Counted from the first letter of the stretch, positions 15,976-24,643 are shown. The stretch is DNA of 34,404 bases from Dehalococcoidales bacterium (GCA_046760155.1 JBHIDQ010000002.1:1-34404); one strand, 5' to 3'. Numbers and translations are program-made. The notes: generated by a model from the letters alone, not told the origin.

Positions 15976-17010
15976 ATGAAAGAGTATGAGATAGCGATTG
16001 TTGGTGCTACTGGACTTGTCGGACAAGAGTTCATCAAGGTACTGGTGCAACGTAATTTCCCGATGAACTCCGTTCATCTTTTTGCCTCCGACCGTTCCGC
16101 AGGTAAGAAGTTAGTGGTCAATCAACAGGAGATTGAAGTTAAAGAGACGGCTCCTGAGTCCTTCGAAGGAATAGATATTGCCCTTTTCTCCGCCGGCGCT
16201 GAGATTAGTCGCCACTTCTCACCACTAGCGGCACAGTCAGGAGCTGTGGTCATCGATAATAGTGCTGCTTTTCGAATGGAGCCTTCCGTTCCGCTGGTAG
16301 TGCCTGAGGTCAATCCCGAAGACATTGAATGGCATAATGGGATTATCGCTAATCCGAATTGCTCCACGATTCAAATGGTGGTGGCGTTATATCCGCTCCA
16401 CAAGGTTAATCCAATCAAGCGCATTGTGGTAAGTTCTTACCAGTCAGTGTCTGGCACTGGCTTGGCTGCGGTAGAGGAATTAACCGTGCAAACCAAGCAA
16501 GTACTGGAGGGACAGACCACCATCCCTCATATTTACCCTCACCAGATAGCCTTTAATGTACTGCCCGAGATAGACGTTTTTCTGGATGATGGCTATACGA
16601 AGGAAGAATGGAAGATGGTGGAAGAAACCAAGAAAATAATGCATGCCGATGATATTGCTATTTCGGCGACCTGTGTACGAGTTCCAGTATTTACCGGACA
16701 CAGTGAAGCCGTCCATGTGGAATTTTCTCACCCGATGCTTCCCGATGAGGCAGAGCGTATTCTTGCCCAAGCTCCAGGAGTCAAGATTCTGGATGATACG
16801 GCGATCAGCCTTTATCCTCACCCCTGGTCAGCGGCCGGTAGTGATGAAGTTTTTGTTGGCCGTATTCGCCGTGATACTTCTCATCCCAACGGTCTGGTCA
16901 TGTGGGTTGTCGCTGATAATCTGCGTAAGGGTGCGGCTTTAAATGCCGTCCAGATTGCTGAGGAGACGATTAAAAGGGATTGTCTAAATCCACGGGAGGT
17001 AAGAAAATGA
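15976..17010 (+). CDS. asd: aspartate-semialdehyde dehydrogenase
   Basis: Starts MKEYEIAIVGATGLVGQEF, with the active-site NPNCSTI motif and SGHSEAV-like FTGHSEAVHVEF. ATG at 15976 is preceded by GAGAAGG. The ORF track's GTG at 15958 overlaps the dapB end. Confidence 0.9.
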   Translation: MKEYEIAIVGATGLVGQEFIKVLVQRNFPMNSVHLFASDRSAGKKLVVNQQEIEVKETAPESFEGIDIALFSAGAEISRHFSPLAAQSGAVVIDNSAAFRMEPSVPLVVPEVNPEDIEWHNGIIANPNCSTIQMVVALYPLHKVNPIKRIVVSSYQSVSGTGLAAVEELTVQTKQVLEGQTTIPHIYPHQIAFNVLPEIDVFLDDGYTKEEWKMVEETKKIMHADDIAISATCVRVPVFTGHSEAVHVEFSHPMLPDEAERILAQAPGVKILDDTAISLYPHPWSAAGSDEVFVGRIRRDTSHPNGLVMWVVADNLRKGAALNAVQIAEETIKRDCLNPREVRK

Positions 17011-17897
17011 AAGAATTGGGTAGATTATTTACCGCCATGGTAACTCCCTTTGATGAGAAGGGGGAAGTCGACTATGGGCAGGCTAAGAAGTTAGCTTTAG
17101 CCCTGCTTGATTCGGGGAGCGATGGCGTGGTGGTTGTCGGCACTACCGGAGAGTCGCCTACCCTGCTCCGGGAGGAGGAGTATCGCCTTTTTCGGGAAAT
17201 AAAAGCAGCTGTAGGGGGGCGGGGGGCAGTTATCGCGGGCACTGGTAGCAATAGCACTGCGGAAGCCTTAGAAGCAACCAAGGAGGCAGAGCGAATTGGG
17301 GTTGATGCTTGCCTATTGGTCGTACCCTATTACAATAAACCCACTCAAGAAGGCCTGTATCAACACTTCAAGACGGTGGCGGAGAGTACCAGTTTACCCT
17401 GTATCCTTTATAACGTGCCGTCACGCACGGTGACTAATATGTCAGCGGATACCATTATCCGACTGAGTCAAATCGACAATATCATCGGGGTAAAAGAAGC
17501 CAGTGGTAATCTGGAACAGATTGCCAAGATTATCAATGACACCAGGGATGGTTTCCTCGTCTGGAGCGGTAATGACAGTGATACCTTTCCGATAATGGCT
17601 ATAGGCGGCTATGGTATTATCAGCGTTATCTCTCACCTGGTGGGCAAGCAGATTAAGCAAATGATTGATAGTTTCGTTAGCGGCAAGATTGAAGAAGCGG
17701 CAGCCATTCACCGCCGACTGCTGCCCCTGGTTAATGCCCTGTTTATTGTCTCTAACCCCATTCCGGTAAAGTATGCCGTGAACCAGGTCGGTTTCAGGGT
17801 GGGTAAGCCGCGCTTACCACTCACTGAGCCAGATGAAAAGACCGCCACCATTATCAAAGACACGCTGAAAAACTATACCATTGACCTGCCGGTGTAA
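17007..17897 (+). CDS. dapA: 4-hydroxy-tetrahydrodipicolinate synthase
   Basis: Contains MKELGRLFTAMVTPF...VVVGTTGESPTL...YNVPSRT...GVKEASGN (Schiff-base Lys context). ATG at 17007 forms an ATGA overlap with the asd stop. Confidence 0.9.
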   Translation: MKELGRLFTAMVTPFDEKGEVDYGQAKKLALALLDSGSDGVVVVGTTGESPTLLREEEYRLFREIKAAVGGRGAVIAGTGSNSTAEALEATKEAERIGVDACLLVVPYYNKPTQEGLYQHFKTVAESTSLPCILYNVPSRTVTNMSADTIIRLSQIDNIIGVKEASGNLEQIAKIINDTRDGFLVWSGNDSDTFPIMAIGGYGIISVISHLVGKQIKQMIDSFVSGKIEEAAAIHRRLLPLVNALFIVSNPIPVKYAVNQVGFRVGKPRLPLTEPDEKTATIIKDTLKNYTIDLPV

Positions 17898-17913
17898 GTA
17901 GTCCAGAGCAAAA

Positions 17914-18315
17914 CTATTTACCCAATTTCTTCTTCACTGCTTCCAGTTTTTCCATATAGTCCTGCCGAATCGGGGAGAAGAACTCGATGGTGCGGCAGCC
18001 CTTATCGGAAGCGTAGGTGCCGTGTTCCTCATTGGAAGCGTAGCAAATGACGTCACCTTCCTTCAGGTGATACAGTTTGCCACCAACTATTTGGTCACAC
18101 TCGCCCCCCACGATTATCATGACCTGTTCCGGTTCGTGGTGATGCACCGGAACGACGGCATTGGGCGGCATGGTAACAAAAATGGCCGTCATCCGTTCTG
18201 ATGATAAGATGTGGGCTCTTACATTGGGGACCAGCTCAACAAGGGGAATATCACGGTAGCGAATAACGCGTTTGCCAAATTCTTCCTGAGTAGCGTAAGG
18301 CTCTTTCCTTTCCAT
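17914..18315 (-). CDS. cupin-domain protein (paralog A)
   Basis: 133-aa ORF with cupin-type His/Glu cluster VHHHEPEQ and a second motif GDVICYASNEEHG. AAGGAGGA RBS. It is a paralog of the adjacent ORF. Confidence 0.7.
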   Translation of the reverse strand: MERKEPYATQEEFGKRVIRYRDIPLVELVPNVRAHILSSERMTAIFVTMPPNAVVPVHHHEPEQVMIIVGGECDQIVGGKLYHLKEGDVICYASNEEHGTYASDKGCRTIEFFSPIRQDYMEKLEAVKKKLGK

Positions 18316-18341
18316 TTTACCAACAATCCTCCTTTATTGAA

Positions 18342-18743
18342 CTACGTTGGTGAGCCCTTCTTGACTGCTTCTAGTTTGGCCACGTAGTCCTGCCTCGGTG
18401 GGGAGAAGATATCGATGACGCGGCAACTCCTCTCGGAAATATAACCCCCGTGTTCGGTATTAGAAGGGAGAATGACGACATCACCCTCCTCAAGGTGATA
18501 TAATTTTCCCTCAATTATTTCATCGCAGGCACCATCGAGGACGATCATGATTTGTTCCGATTCATGGTGGTGAACGGCAAAATGGGAGTTAGGAGCCATA
18601 GTCAGAAAACTGACCGTCATCCTTTCGGTGGAGACGATATGGCTTTTTGAACCGGGGACCAGCTCAACAAGGGGAATATCACGGTAGCGAATAACACGTT
18701 GGTTGAATTCTTCCTGAGTGGCGTAAGGCTCTTTTCTTTCCAT
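18342..18743 (-). CDS. cupin-domain protein (paralog B)
   Basis: 133-aa ORF with VHHHESEQ and GDVVILPSNTEHG motifs and an AAGGAGGA RBS. The first 13 residues (MERKEPYATQEEF) are identical to paralog A. Confidence 0.7.
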   Translation of the reverse strand: MERKEPYATQEEFNQRVIRYRDIPLVELVPGSKSHIVSTERMTVSFLTMAPNSHFAVHHHESEQIMIVLDGACDEIIEGKLYHLEEGDVVILPSNTEHGGYISERSCRVIDIFSPPRQDYVAKLEAVKKGSPT

Positions 18744-18780
18744 GCTTACCCATCATCCTCCTTTTTCTATCCCTCGATAA

Positions 18781-20067
18781 TCACGATAAGATAGGCATCT
18801 TGAAGATGGTTTGCTCCCGTATCATGCCCACTGAGATAAGACTGATCGGGCAGGAAATGAGCTCTTCCAACCTGTCCAGATACTGGCGGGCCTCTGGTGG
18901 TAACTGGTCGTATTGTCTAATATTGCTGGTGGGGACTTGCCACCCGGGTAGCTCCTCATAGACCGGCTGGCATCTCTCTAAAGTAGTGGCACTAGCCGGG
19001 AAATAATCGATTGACTTTCCATCCAGTTTATAACCCACGCATATCTTTAAGCTGGGTAAGGTGTCAAGAACGTCGAGGCGGGTGATGGCTGCCCGGGTAA
19101 AGCCGTTAATTCGGGTGCTAAACTTAGCGGCCACGGCATCAAACCAGCCACAACGGCGGGGTCTACCAGTGGTGGTGCCATACTCATGAGCCCGTTCTCG
19201 AATCAGGTTACCAATTTCGTCCTTGAGTTCCGTGGGCATTGGACCACCACCAACCCGAGTGTTGTAGGCCTTAAATACACCTAGGATTTGGTTAATCTTG
19301 GTGGGGCCCAAGCCGGCACCCAGACAGCCTCCTCCTGCCAGTGGTGAAGAGGAGGTGGCATAAGGATAGGTGCCAAAATCAGGGTCAAGTAAAGTTCCCT
19401 GGGCGCCTTCCAATAGCACCAGTTCCCCTCGGTTTAAGGCTTCCTCGAGCATTACTGTCGTCTCGCGAATATACGGGGACAGTCGCTCTCCATACTCACA
19501 GTACTGGTGATAGACATTGTCCTCAGATAGGGGGCTAACGCCATAAACTTTGGTTAAAATCGTGTTTTTGTAGCTAAGGATAACGTGAAGTCGCTCCCTG
19601 AATACTTCCTTGTCTAAAAGGTCGCTGGTTCTAATGCCTAATCGGGCTATTTTATCGGCGAAGGCAGGACCGATACCTTTACGCGTCGTGCCAATTGCCT
19701 TCCCTCCCCGTGATTCCTCCTCCAGACCATCAAGAAGGATGTGGTATGGCATGACCAAATGAGCCCGGTCACTGATAAATAGTCGGGAGGTATCCACACT
19801 GCGCTGATTGAGCTGGTCTATCTCATCAAGCAAGACACCGGGATTAATCACCACCCCATTGCCAATAATCGAAATAGTCCGGGGAGAAAAAATACCCGAG
19901 GGAACGAGGTGCAGTTTAAACTCACCATAGCGGTTAACTACGGTGTGCCCAGCATTATCACCACCGGAAAAACGCATGACGACTTGTGCTTCCTCAGCCA
20001 GTAGGTCAACGACTTTACCCTTTCCTTCGTCTCCCCACTGAGCTCCAATAACGGCAATAACTGGCAT
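18781..20067 (-). CDS. purA: adenylosuccinate synthase
   Basis: 428-aa ORF with the N-terminal GAQWGDEGKGK P-loop and the GGDNAGHT and TTGRPRRCGW motifs. Confidence 0.95.
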   Translation of the reverse strand: MPVIAVIGAQWGDEGKGKVVDLLAEEAQVVMRFSGGDNAGHTVVNRYGEFKLHLVPSGIFSPRTISIIGNGVVINPGVLLDEIDQLNQRSVDTSRLFISDRAHLVMPYHILLDGLEEESRGGKAIGTTRKGIGPAFADKIARLGIRTSDLLDKEVFRERLHVILSYKNTILTKVYGVSPLSEDNVYHQYCEYGERLSPYIRETTVMLEEALNRGELVLLEGAQGTLLDPDFGTYPYATSSSPLAGGGCLGAGLGPTKINQILGVFKAYNTRVGGGPMPTELKDEIGNLIRERAHEYGTTTGRPRRCGWFDAVAAKFSTRINGFTRAAITRLDVLDTLPSLKICVGYKLDGKSIDYFPASATTLERCQPVYEELPGWQVPTSNIRQYDQLPPEARQYLDRLEELISCPISLISVGMIREQTIFKMPILS

Positions 20068-20105
20068 TAAGTCCTCCCTAAGTTATGTTGAGCCTAAGTT
20101 AAAAG

Positions 20106-20750
20106 TTACTCCAGTTTTGTTTGCTGCCACACATAAAGTAATCTCTGGCAAGTCGTAATAAGGCTGAATAATATGATAACACTTAAAGCAATAATTAAGG
20201 CATAATCAATGTCGCTCAGTAAAAGGCCAAGCGCCAAAACAATGACTCTCTCTCCTCGGGTGAATAAGCCTACCTTGCATTTCAAGCCGGCGGCTTCCGC
20301 CCGGGCTCTAATATAGCTCACCATTTGTGAAGTGGGTAAGGCAATACCAACCAGTAAAATTCCGAGAGTTGACTGCTCTCTGAGATACAAGAACAGAATA
20401 CCCAGCAATAATATTGCCTCGGCGATACGGTCAAGTGTCGAATCAAGCACGGCACCAAAGTGGGTAATTTGATTGGTCTGACGAGCCAGCGCTCCATCCA
20501 GTAGGTCAAAGAGGCCAGAAACCAGTACCAAGAAGCCGGCAGCAAAAAGATAGTCGGTAAAAATAAGTGCCGCAGCTCCAACTGAGAGTAGAAAACCGAA
20601 CCAGGTTAAGACATTCGGGGTTAGCGCTGTCTTAGCCAAAAGCCGTACTACTGGTCGAGTAAGATAATCAGCGGCGGTTTTACGAAATTCATCTAACTTC
20701 ATTATTGGTCGTTGTTTTCCTGAAGCAATATTAAGCAAACTGTCCGTCAT
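20106..20750 (-). CDS. CDP-alcohol phosphatidyltransferase (candidate phosphatidylinositol-phosphate synthase)
   Basis: 214-aa polytopic membrane ORF with the complete signature D-x2-DG-x2-AR-x8-G-x3-D-x3-D (DLLDGALARQTNQITHFGAVLDSTLD). The head-group assignment is inferred only from the neighbouring inositol-phosphate synthase gene. Confidence 0.75.
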   Translation of the reverse strand: MTDSLLNIASGKQRPIMKLDEFRKTAADYLTRPVVRLLAKTALTPNVLTWFGFLLSVGAAALIFTDYLFAAGFLVLVSGLFDLLDGALARQTNQITHFGAVLDSTLDRIAEAILLLGILFLYLREQSTLGILLVGIALPTSQMVSYIRARAEAAGLKCKVGLFTRGERVIVLALGLLLSDIDYALIIALSVIILFSLITTCQRLLYVWQQTKLE

Positions 20751-20753
20751 AAT

Positions 20754-21920
20754 CTAAGCAAAGATAGCTTTAGTTTCTCGAAATCCTTCTCTTCGTCGTG
20801 GCCCGTTAAGCACACTGAGGTAGTAATCCATCACTCTTTGAGCAACGCATTCCCAATCGTATTCAACTGCCTTAAGTCTCCCTTTGACACCCATCTGCTG
20901 CCGGAGTGGTTCGTCAGTCATTAAAGAAATCAAAGCTTGGGCTAGTTTTTCTGAATTCTTGGGCGGTACTAATAGACCATCAGTACCGTGAGTCACTACG
21001 CTGGCATAACCTTCTATATTCGAGGCAACAATTGGCTTACCAATGGCCATCGCTTCAAGCAAAACGATACCAAAGCTTTCCCAGCCGGTGGCTGGGCAAC
21101 AGACAATGTCAGCAGTTTTATAGTATCTGGGCAAATCACGGTAAGAGGCATAGCCGATAAAAACAACATCTTTTAGGCCGTCCTGCCTAACTCGTCTTTC
21201 ATATTTTTTTCTCAGTCTGATGCCAGGGCCGACGATGATAAGGCGTGTATCGGGGATTTCCGGCTTAATCTGCTGGTAAGCTTTCAGCAGATAGTCCATG
21301 CCCTTTCGTTTCTCCAGACGACCAACAAAAAGGATATTCAGCTTGCCATCGCGGAACTCTTCGATAGGCAGTACCTCAGGGGAGAAATGCCCGACATCTA
21401 TGCCATTAGGAATAATGGTATAGTCGTTGGGGAAATGCTTATTTACATATTCCATGGCTGACTGGGAAACGGCAATTTTACCATCGAGCTTTTGGAACCA
21501 CTTCTTCAAGATTAATTTACCAATCGGCGTACCGAAGCTATACCAGGGCTTACCCCCAGAAGCATGAAAAGTACCCACGTTTGGCACGTTCGACAAGCGG
21601 AGCACGGTGGTGCATAGCATGGGCATTAAAGGTTCATGAAGGTGGCAGAGGTCAAAATTTTCCCGGTCAAGTACGGCCTTTATTCTCGATGACAGCCATG
21701 GGGATAGCGTAATGCGAGCAATAGAACCACTGACCGGAACCGGCCGGGGTTTACCTATGGGGATAAACCGGTCACCAAAGGTGGAGACAGCTTTAGATGC
21801 GGGAGCAATGATCTTCACCTCATGACCCATCCGGGTAAAATGCTGCTCCAGACAGGAGATGTGATTGCAAACACCCCCGGGGTAGGCAAAGTCATAGGGG
21901 GAGACTAATGCTATCTTCAT
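20754..21920 (-). CDS. GT4-family glycosyltransferase (PimA-like)
   Basis: 388-aa ORF with a GT-B fold pattern, N-terminal MKIALVSPYDFAYPGG, and C-terminal ESFGIVLLEAMAIGKPIVAS (E-x7-E). Confidence 0.75.
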   Translation of the reverse strand: MKIALVSPYDFAYPGGVCNHISCLEQHFTRMGHEVKIIAPASKAVSTFGDRFIPIGKPRPVPVSGSIARITLSPWLSSRIKAVLDRENFDLCHLHEPLMPMLCTTVLRLSNVPNVGTFHASGGKPWYSFGTPIGKLILKKWFQKLDGKIAVSQSAMEYVNKHFPNDYTIIPNGIDVGHFSPEVLPIEEFRDGKLNILFVGRLEKRKGMDYLLKAYQQIKPEIPDTRLIIVGPGIRLRKKYERRVRQDGLKDVVFIGYASYRDLPRYYKTADIVCCPATGWESFGIVLLEAMAIGKPIVASNIEGYASVVTHGTDGLLVPPKNSEKLAQALISLMTDEPLRQQMGVKGRLKAVEYDWECVAQRVMDYYLSVLNGPRRREGFRETKAIFA

Positions 21921-21949
21921 AAGAGTGACCTTAAAACCTCCCTGCGGGC

Positions 21950-23050
21950 TTACTCGGGTAGTTTTTCCTGACCAGCTTGCTTGGTGCTGCTAATGAACTC
22001 TTCCACCATCCGGTGGGCTTCGTCATCGGTATATTGGATAGGGGGCGACTTCATGAAATAGGCTGATGGCGCTACCAGTTCCCCGCTTAGGCCACGGTCT
22101 AGGGCAAGCTTGCAACACCTTATGGCATCAATCACCACCCCGGCTGAGTTAGGGCTATCCCACACCTCGAGCTTTAACTCCAGATTCAGCGGAACATCGC
22201 CAAAAGTTCGTCCTTCCATCTTAATGTAGCAAAACTTACGGTCGTTCAGCCAAGGTACATAATCACTGGGACCAACGTAGATATTGTCGGGGTCAATCTT
22301 GTAATCCAGCTGAGAGGTAACCGCAGAGGTTTTCGATATCTTCTTGGACTCAAGCCGTTCTCGCTCCAGCATATTATAGAAGTCAGTATTACCACCAAAG
22401 TTCATCTGGTAGGTTCGTTCCAGCTTGACGCCACGGTCTCGGAACAGGCGGGTAAGCACACGGTGAGTAATCGTGGCACCAACCTGTGATTTAATATCAT
22501 CGCCAATTACGGGAAGCCCCTTTTCGGCAAAGCGTTTCTGCCAATACTTCTCACGGGCAATAAAAACCGGAATACAATTGATAAAGCCGCAGCCAGCCGC
22601 CAGTACCTGCTCGATGTACCATTTGGTTGCTTCCTCGCTACCGACCGGTAAATAGTTAATCACGACATCGGTCTTGGTTTCTTTGAGGATTTTAACGATG
22701 TCAGCCGTTGGTCCGGGAGCTTTCTGGATTATTTGAGACAGGTACTTGCCTAGACCATCGTGGGTCATCCCACGCTGGACGATGATACCGGTAGTGGGTA
22801 CTTCGCAAAATTTGAAAGTATTATTCGGCGAAGTAAAAATTGCCTCTGCTAGGTCTTTGCCCACCTTGTTTTTATCAATATCAAAAGCGGCGACGAAATT
22901 GATGTCACTGATGTGGTACTCTCCGAGGTTAACATGCATTAACCCGGGCACAAATTCATTCTTTTTCGCCTTGCTATAGTAATGGACGCCCTGGACTAGT
23001 GACGAACTGCAGTTGCCAACTCCGATGATGGCTACATTTATCTTGCCCAT
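21950..23050 (-). CDS. ino1: inositol-3-phosphate synthase (myo-inositol-1-phosphate synthase)
   Basis: 366-aa ORF with the N-terminal [17 protein letters not shown] Rossmann segment and conserved [13 protein letters not shown] and [11 protein letters not shown] blocks typical of prokaryotic MIPS. Confidence 0.85.
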   Translation of the reverse strand: MGKINVAIIGVGNCSSSLVQGVHYYSKAKKNEFVPGLMHVNLGEYHISDINFVAAFDIDKNKVGKDLAEAIFTSPNNTFKFCEVPTTGIIVQRGMTHDGLGKYLSQIIQKAPGPTADIVKILKETKTDVVINYLPVGSEEATKWYIEQVLAAGCGFINCIPVFIAREKYWQKRFAEKGLPVIGDDIKSQVGATITHRVLTRLFRDRGVKLERTYQMNFGGNTDFYNMLERERLESKKISKTSAVTSQLDYKIDPDNIYVGPSDYVPWLNDRKFCYIKMEGRTFGDVPLNLELKLEVWDSPNSAGVVIDAIRCCKLALDRGLSGELVAPSAYFMKSPPIQYTDDEAHRMVEEFISSTKQAGQEKLPE

Positions 23051-23134
23051 AGTTTAGCTTATCCCCCTTTTTACTCTACACTTGCAGTAATAAGTTTACT
23101 CCTTGATAACACCCCCTCTTCGACACCGCTTGAA

Positions 23135-23164
23135 ACTATACCCTTATTCGTCACAAGCTGTCAA
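23135..23164 (-). promoter_or_regulatory. sigma70-like promoter for the ino1 operon (TTGACA-18 nt-TATAGT)
   Basis: On the minus strand, consensus -35 TTGACA (23164-23159), an 18-nt spacer, and -10 TATAGT (23140-23135), about 85 nt upstream of the ino1 ATG. Confidence 0.55.
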
Positions 23165-23215
23165 GACTTAAGCGGTTTTAGGCAGGGGAAATTTGGCGAA
23201 ATGAAGATTGAGTAA

Positions 23216-24157
23216 CTAACGGTTTTGGGATAGGAAAATCTTTGCCGGCTGCCACTGCCCTCTTTCCGAATCAAAGCGCAGCACGCCTAAGAAGTGTCCA
23301 TCAAGGGTATAAGTACGACAGTGAGTTTCAATGGGGGACATTGAGGGGCGTCTTTCGAAGTAACCAGTTATTCTACTACTATCATTCGTTAAAGTCACCG
23401 GTGCTCCATTTCTGATGGTATTTTCGGTGGCATCATTAACCACCATTGCTCTCCAGGGCAAAAGCACAGTATCTATGGGATGAACAAAGTATTGCCAATA
23501 ACCGTAGCGGAAGGCATCCTCAAGCTGGGGCAGGGAAACCGCAGTCTTGATATCAAAAGGTCCGTAGCTTAAACGGATTAAGCTTTTTAAATTAGCACCA
23601 CAACCCAGAGATTGCCCTAGGTCATGAGCTAGGGAACGGATATAGGTACCCTTACCACATTCTACTTCTACGGTAACTACCGGTGGCTGCCAGTTGATAA
23701 TCTCCAATTTATAAATCTGAGTCGGTCGACTTTTCCGCGCTACCTTGATGCCAGCCCGTGCCAATTCGTAGAGTCGCTGCCCTTGATGCTTCACCGCACT
23801 ATACATTGGTGGCGTCTGCTGAGTTAGACCACGAAAGGCAGCCAGTGCCAACTCTAGTTGTTCTCGGCTAACAGCGGAAGGGTCTCTCTTCTGAGTAACC
23901 GTACCGCTGGCATCGTAGGTGTCTGTAGTCACGCCCAATTCAATCCGGGCGCGATAAGTTTTAGTGACCTCTGCCAGAAACTCAATAATACGGGTCCCCT
24001 GCCCAAGACAAACCGGCAGGACACCGGTAGCTGTCGGGTCGAGGGTACCGGCATGCCCCACCCGTCGCTCGCCACTGAGCCGTTTCACCAGAGCGACGAC
24101 GTTATAGGAGGTTTTACCCGAGGGTTTATTGATGTTTAGTATACCGTCCACAGCCAT
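23216..24157 (-). CDS. truB: tRNA pseudouridine(55) synthase
   Basis: 313-aa ORF with GILNINKPSGKTS and the catalytic-Asp motif GHAGTLDPTATGVLPV, in the conserved position after rbfA. Confidence 0.92.
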   Translation of the reverse strand: MAVDGILNINKPSGKTSYNVVALVKRLSGERRVGHAGTLDPTATGVLPVCLGQGTRIIEFLAEVTKTYRARIELGVTTDTYDASGTVTQKRDPSAVSREQLELALAAFRGLTQQTPPMYSAVKHQGQRLYELARAGIKVARKSRPTQIYKLEIINWQPPVVTVEVECGKGTYIRSLAHDLGQSLGCGANLKSLIRLSYGPFDIKTAVSLPQLEDAFRYGYWQYFVHPIDTVLLPWRAMVVNDATENTIRNGAPVTLTNDSSRITGYFERRPSMSPIETHCRTYTLDGHFLGVLRFDSERGQWQPAKIFLSQNR

Positions 24158-24195
24158 TCTCTTCCTGTGAAAATATCCCTTTCTAAGGGGTGTTT

Positions 24196-24216
24196 AAGAG
24201 GGGCATAGCCCCTCTT
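24196..24216. other. perfect 9-bp-stem hairpin AAGAGGGGC-ATA-GCCCCTCTT in the rbfA-truB spacer
   Basis: Read directly from the sequence. It shares the AAGAGGGGC/GCCCCTC arms with the hairpin at 12439-12457. No clear U-tract follows it on the coding (minus) strand. Confidence 0.4.
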
Positions 24217-24230
24217 CTATAATAAATAAT

Positions 24231-24257
24231 CCCCCTCTCCTTATCAAGGAGAGGGGG
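24231..24257 (-). terminator. GC-rich hairpin after rbfA (possible partial terminator or processing site)
   Basis: CCCCCTCTCC-N7-GGAGAGGGGG (10-bp stem). On the minus strand it is followed by ATTATTTATTAT. It lies 36 nt downstream of the rbfA stop. Confidence 0.4.
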
Positions 24258-24292
24258 ACAAAGGGAGTGAGGTTACCATAATGACACGGTCT

Positions 24293-24643
24293 TCAGTGGT
24301 CTGTTGAACTGACTTGGTCGATTAGTCGCATGAGGTGGTCGCCACGCTCAATGGAATTGTCCCAGTGAAAACTTAATTCCGGAATGCGCCGTAACCGCAG
24401 ATTCTTAGCTAACTCCTTACGTAAAAAACGTGAAGCCCCGGTTAATGCGTTCAGAGTCGCTTGTTTTTCTTCTTGGCTGCTGATACAACTGACAAATACT
24501 TTGGCATGTCTGAGGTCAGCAGAGGTAATTACCTCAGTTACGGCAACAAAAGTGCCAAGTCGCGGGTCTTTGATTTGGCGTCGAAGTAGTTCACTGATTT
24601 CTTGGCGAATGAGATTATTTACTCGCTCAATGCGGTGTGACAT
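24293..24643 (-). CDS. rbfA: ribosome-binding factor A
   Basis: Contains MSHRIERVNNLIRQEISELL...DPRLG..VAVTEVITSADLRHAKVFVS, canonical RbfA. ATG at 24643 is preceded by AGGAG 9 nt upstream. The ORF track start at 24676 adds 11 aa with no RBS. Confidence 0.9.
   Translation of the reverse strand: MSHRIERVNNLIRQEISELLRRQIKDPRLGTFVAVTEVITSADLRHAKVFVSCISSQEEKQATLNALTGASRFLRKELAKNLRLRRIPELSFHWDNSIERGDHLMRLIDQVSSTDH

Larger units (their letters stand above)
17914..18743 (-). repeat. tandem gene duplication (428-bp period) of the cupin gene
   Basis: Two equal-length ORFs sit head-to-tail with the same RBS. A 42-nt perfectly identical tract occurs at 18226-18267 and 18654-18695, while the flanking sequence has diverged. 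Confidence 0.85.

Noticed and set aside
15958-17006. ORF-track upstream starts for asd (15958) and dapA (16980)
   Set aside because: The internal ATGs at 15976 and 17007 give canonical N-termini (MKEYEIAIVGATG, MKELGRLFTAMVTPF). They also have an RBS or an ATGA stop-start overlap. The longer forms overlap the preceding genes.
20068-20105. 8-bp direct repeat AACTTAGG twice (coding strand) in the spacer upstream of purA
   Set aside because: The second copy overlaps the purA RBS (GGGAGGA). The repeat is short enough to be chance, and I give it no independent functional claim.
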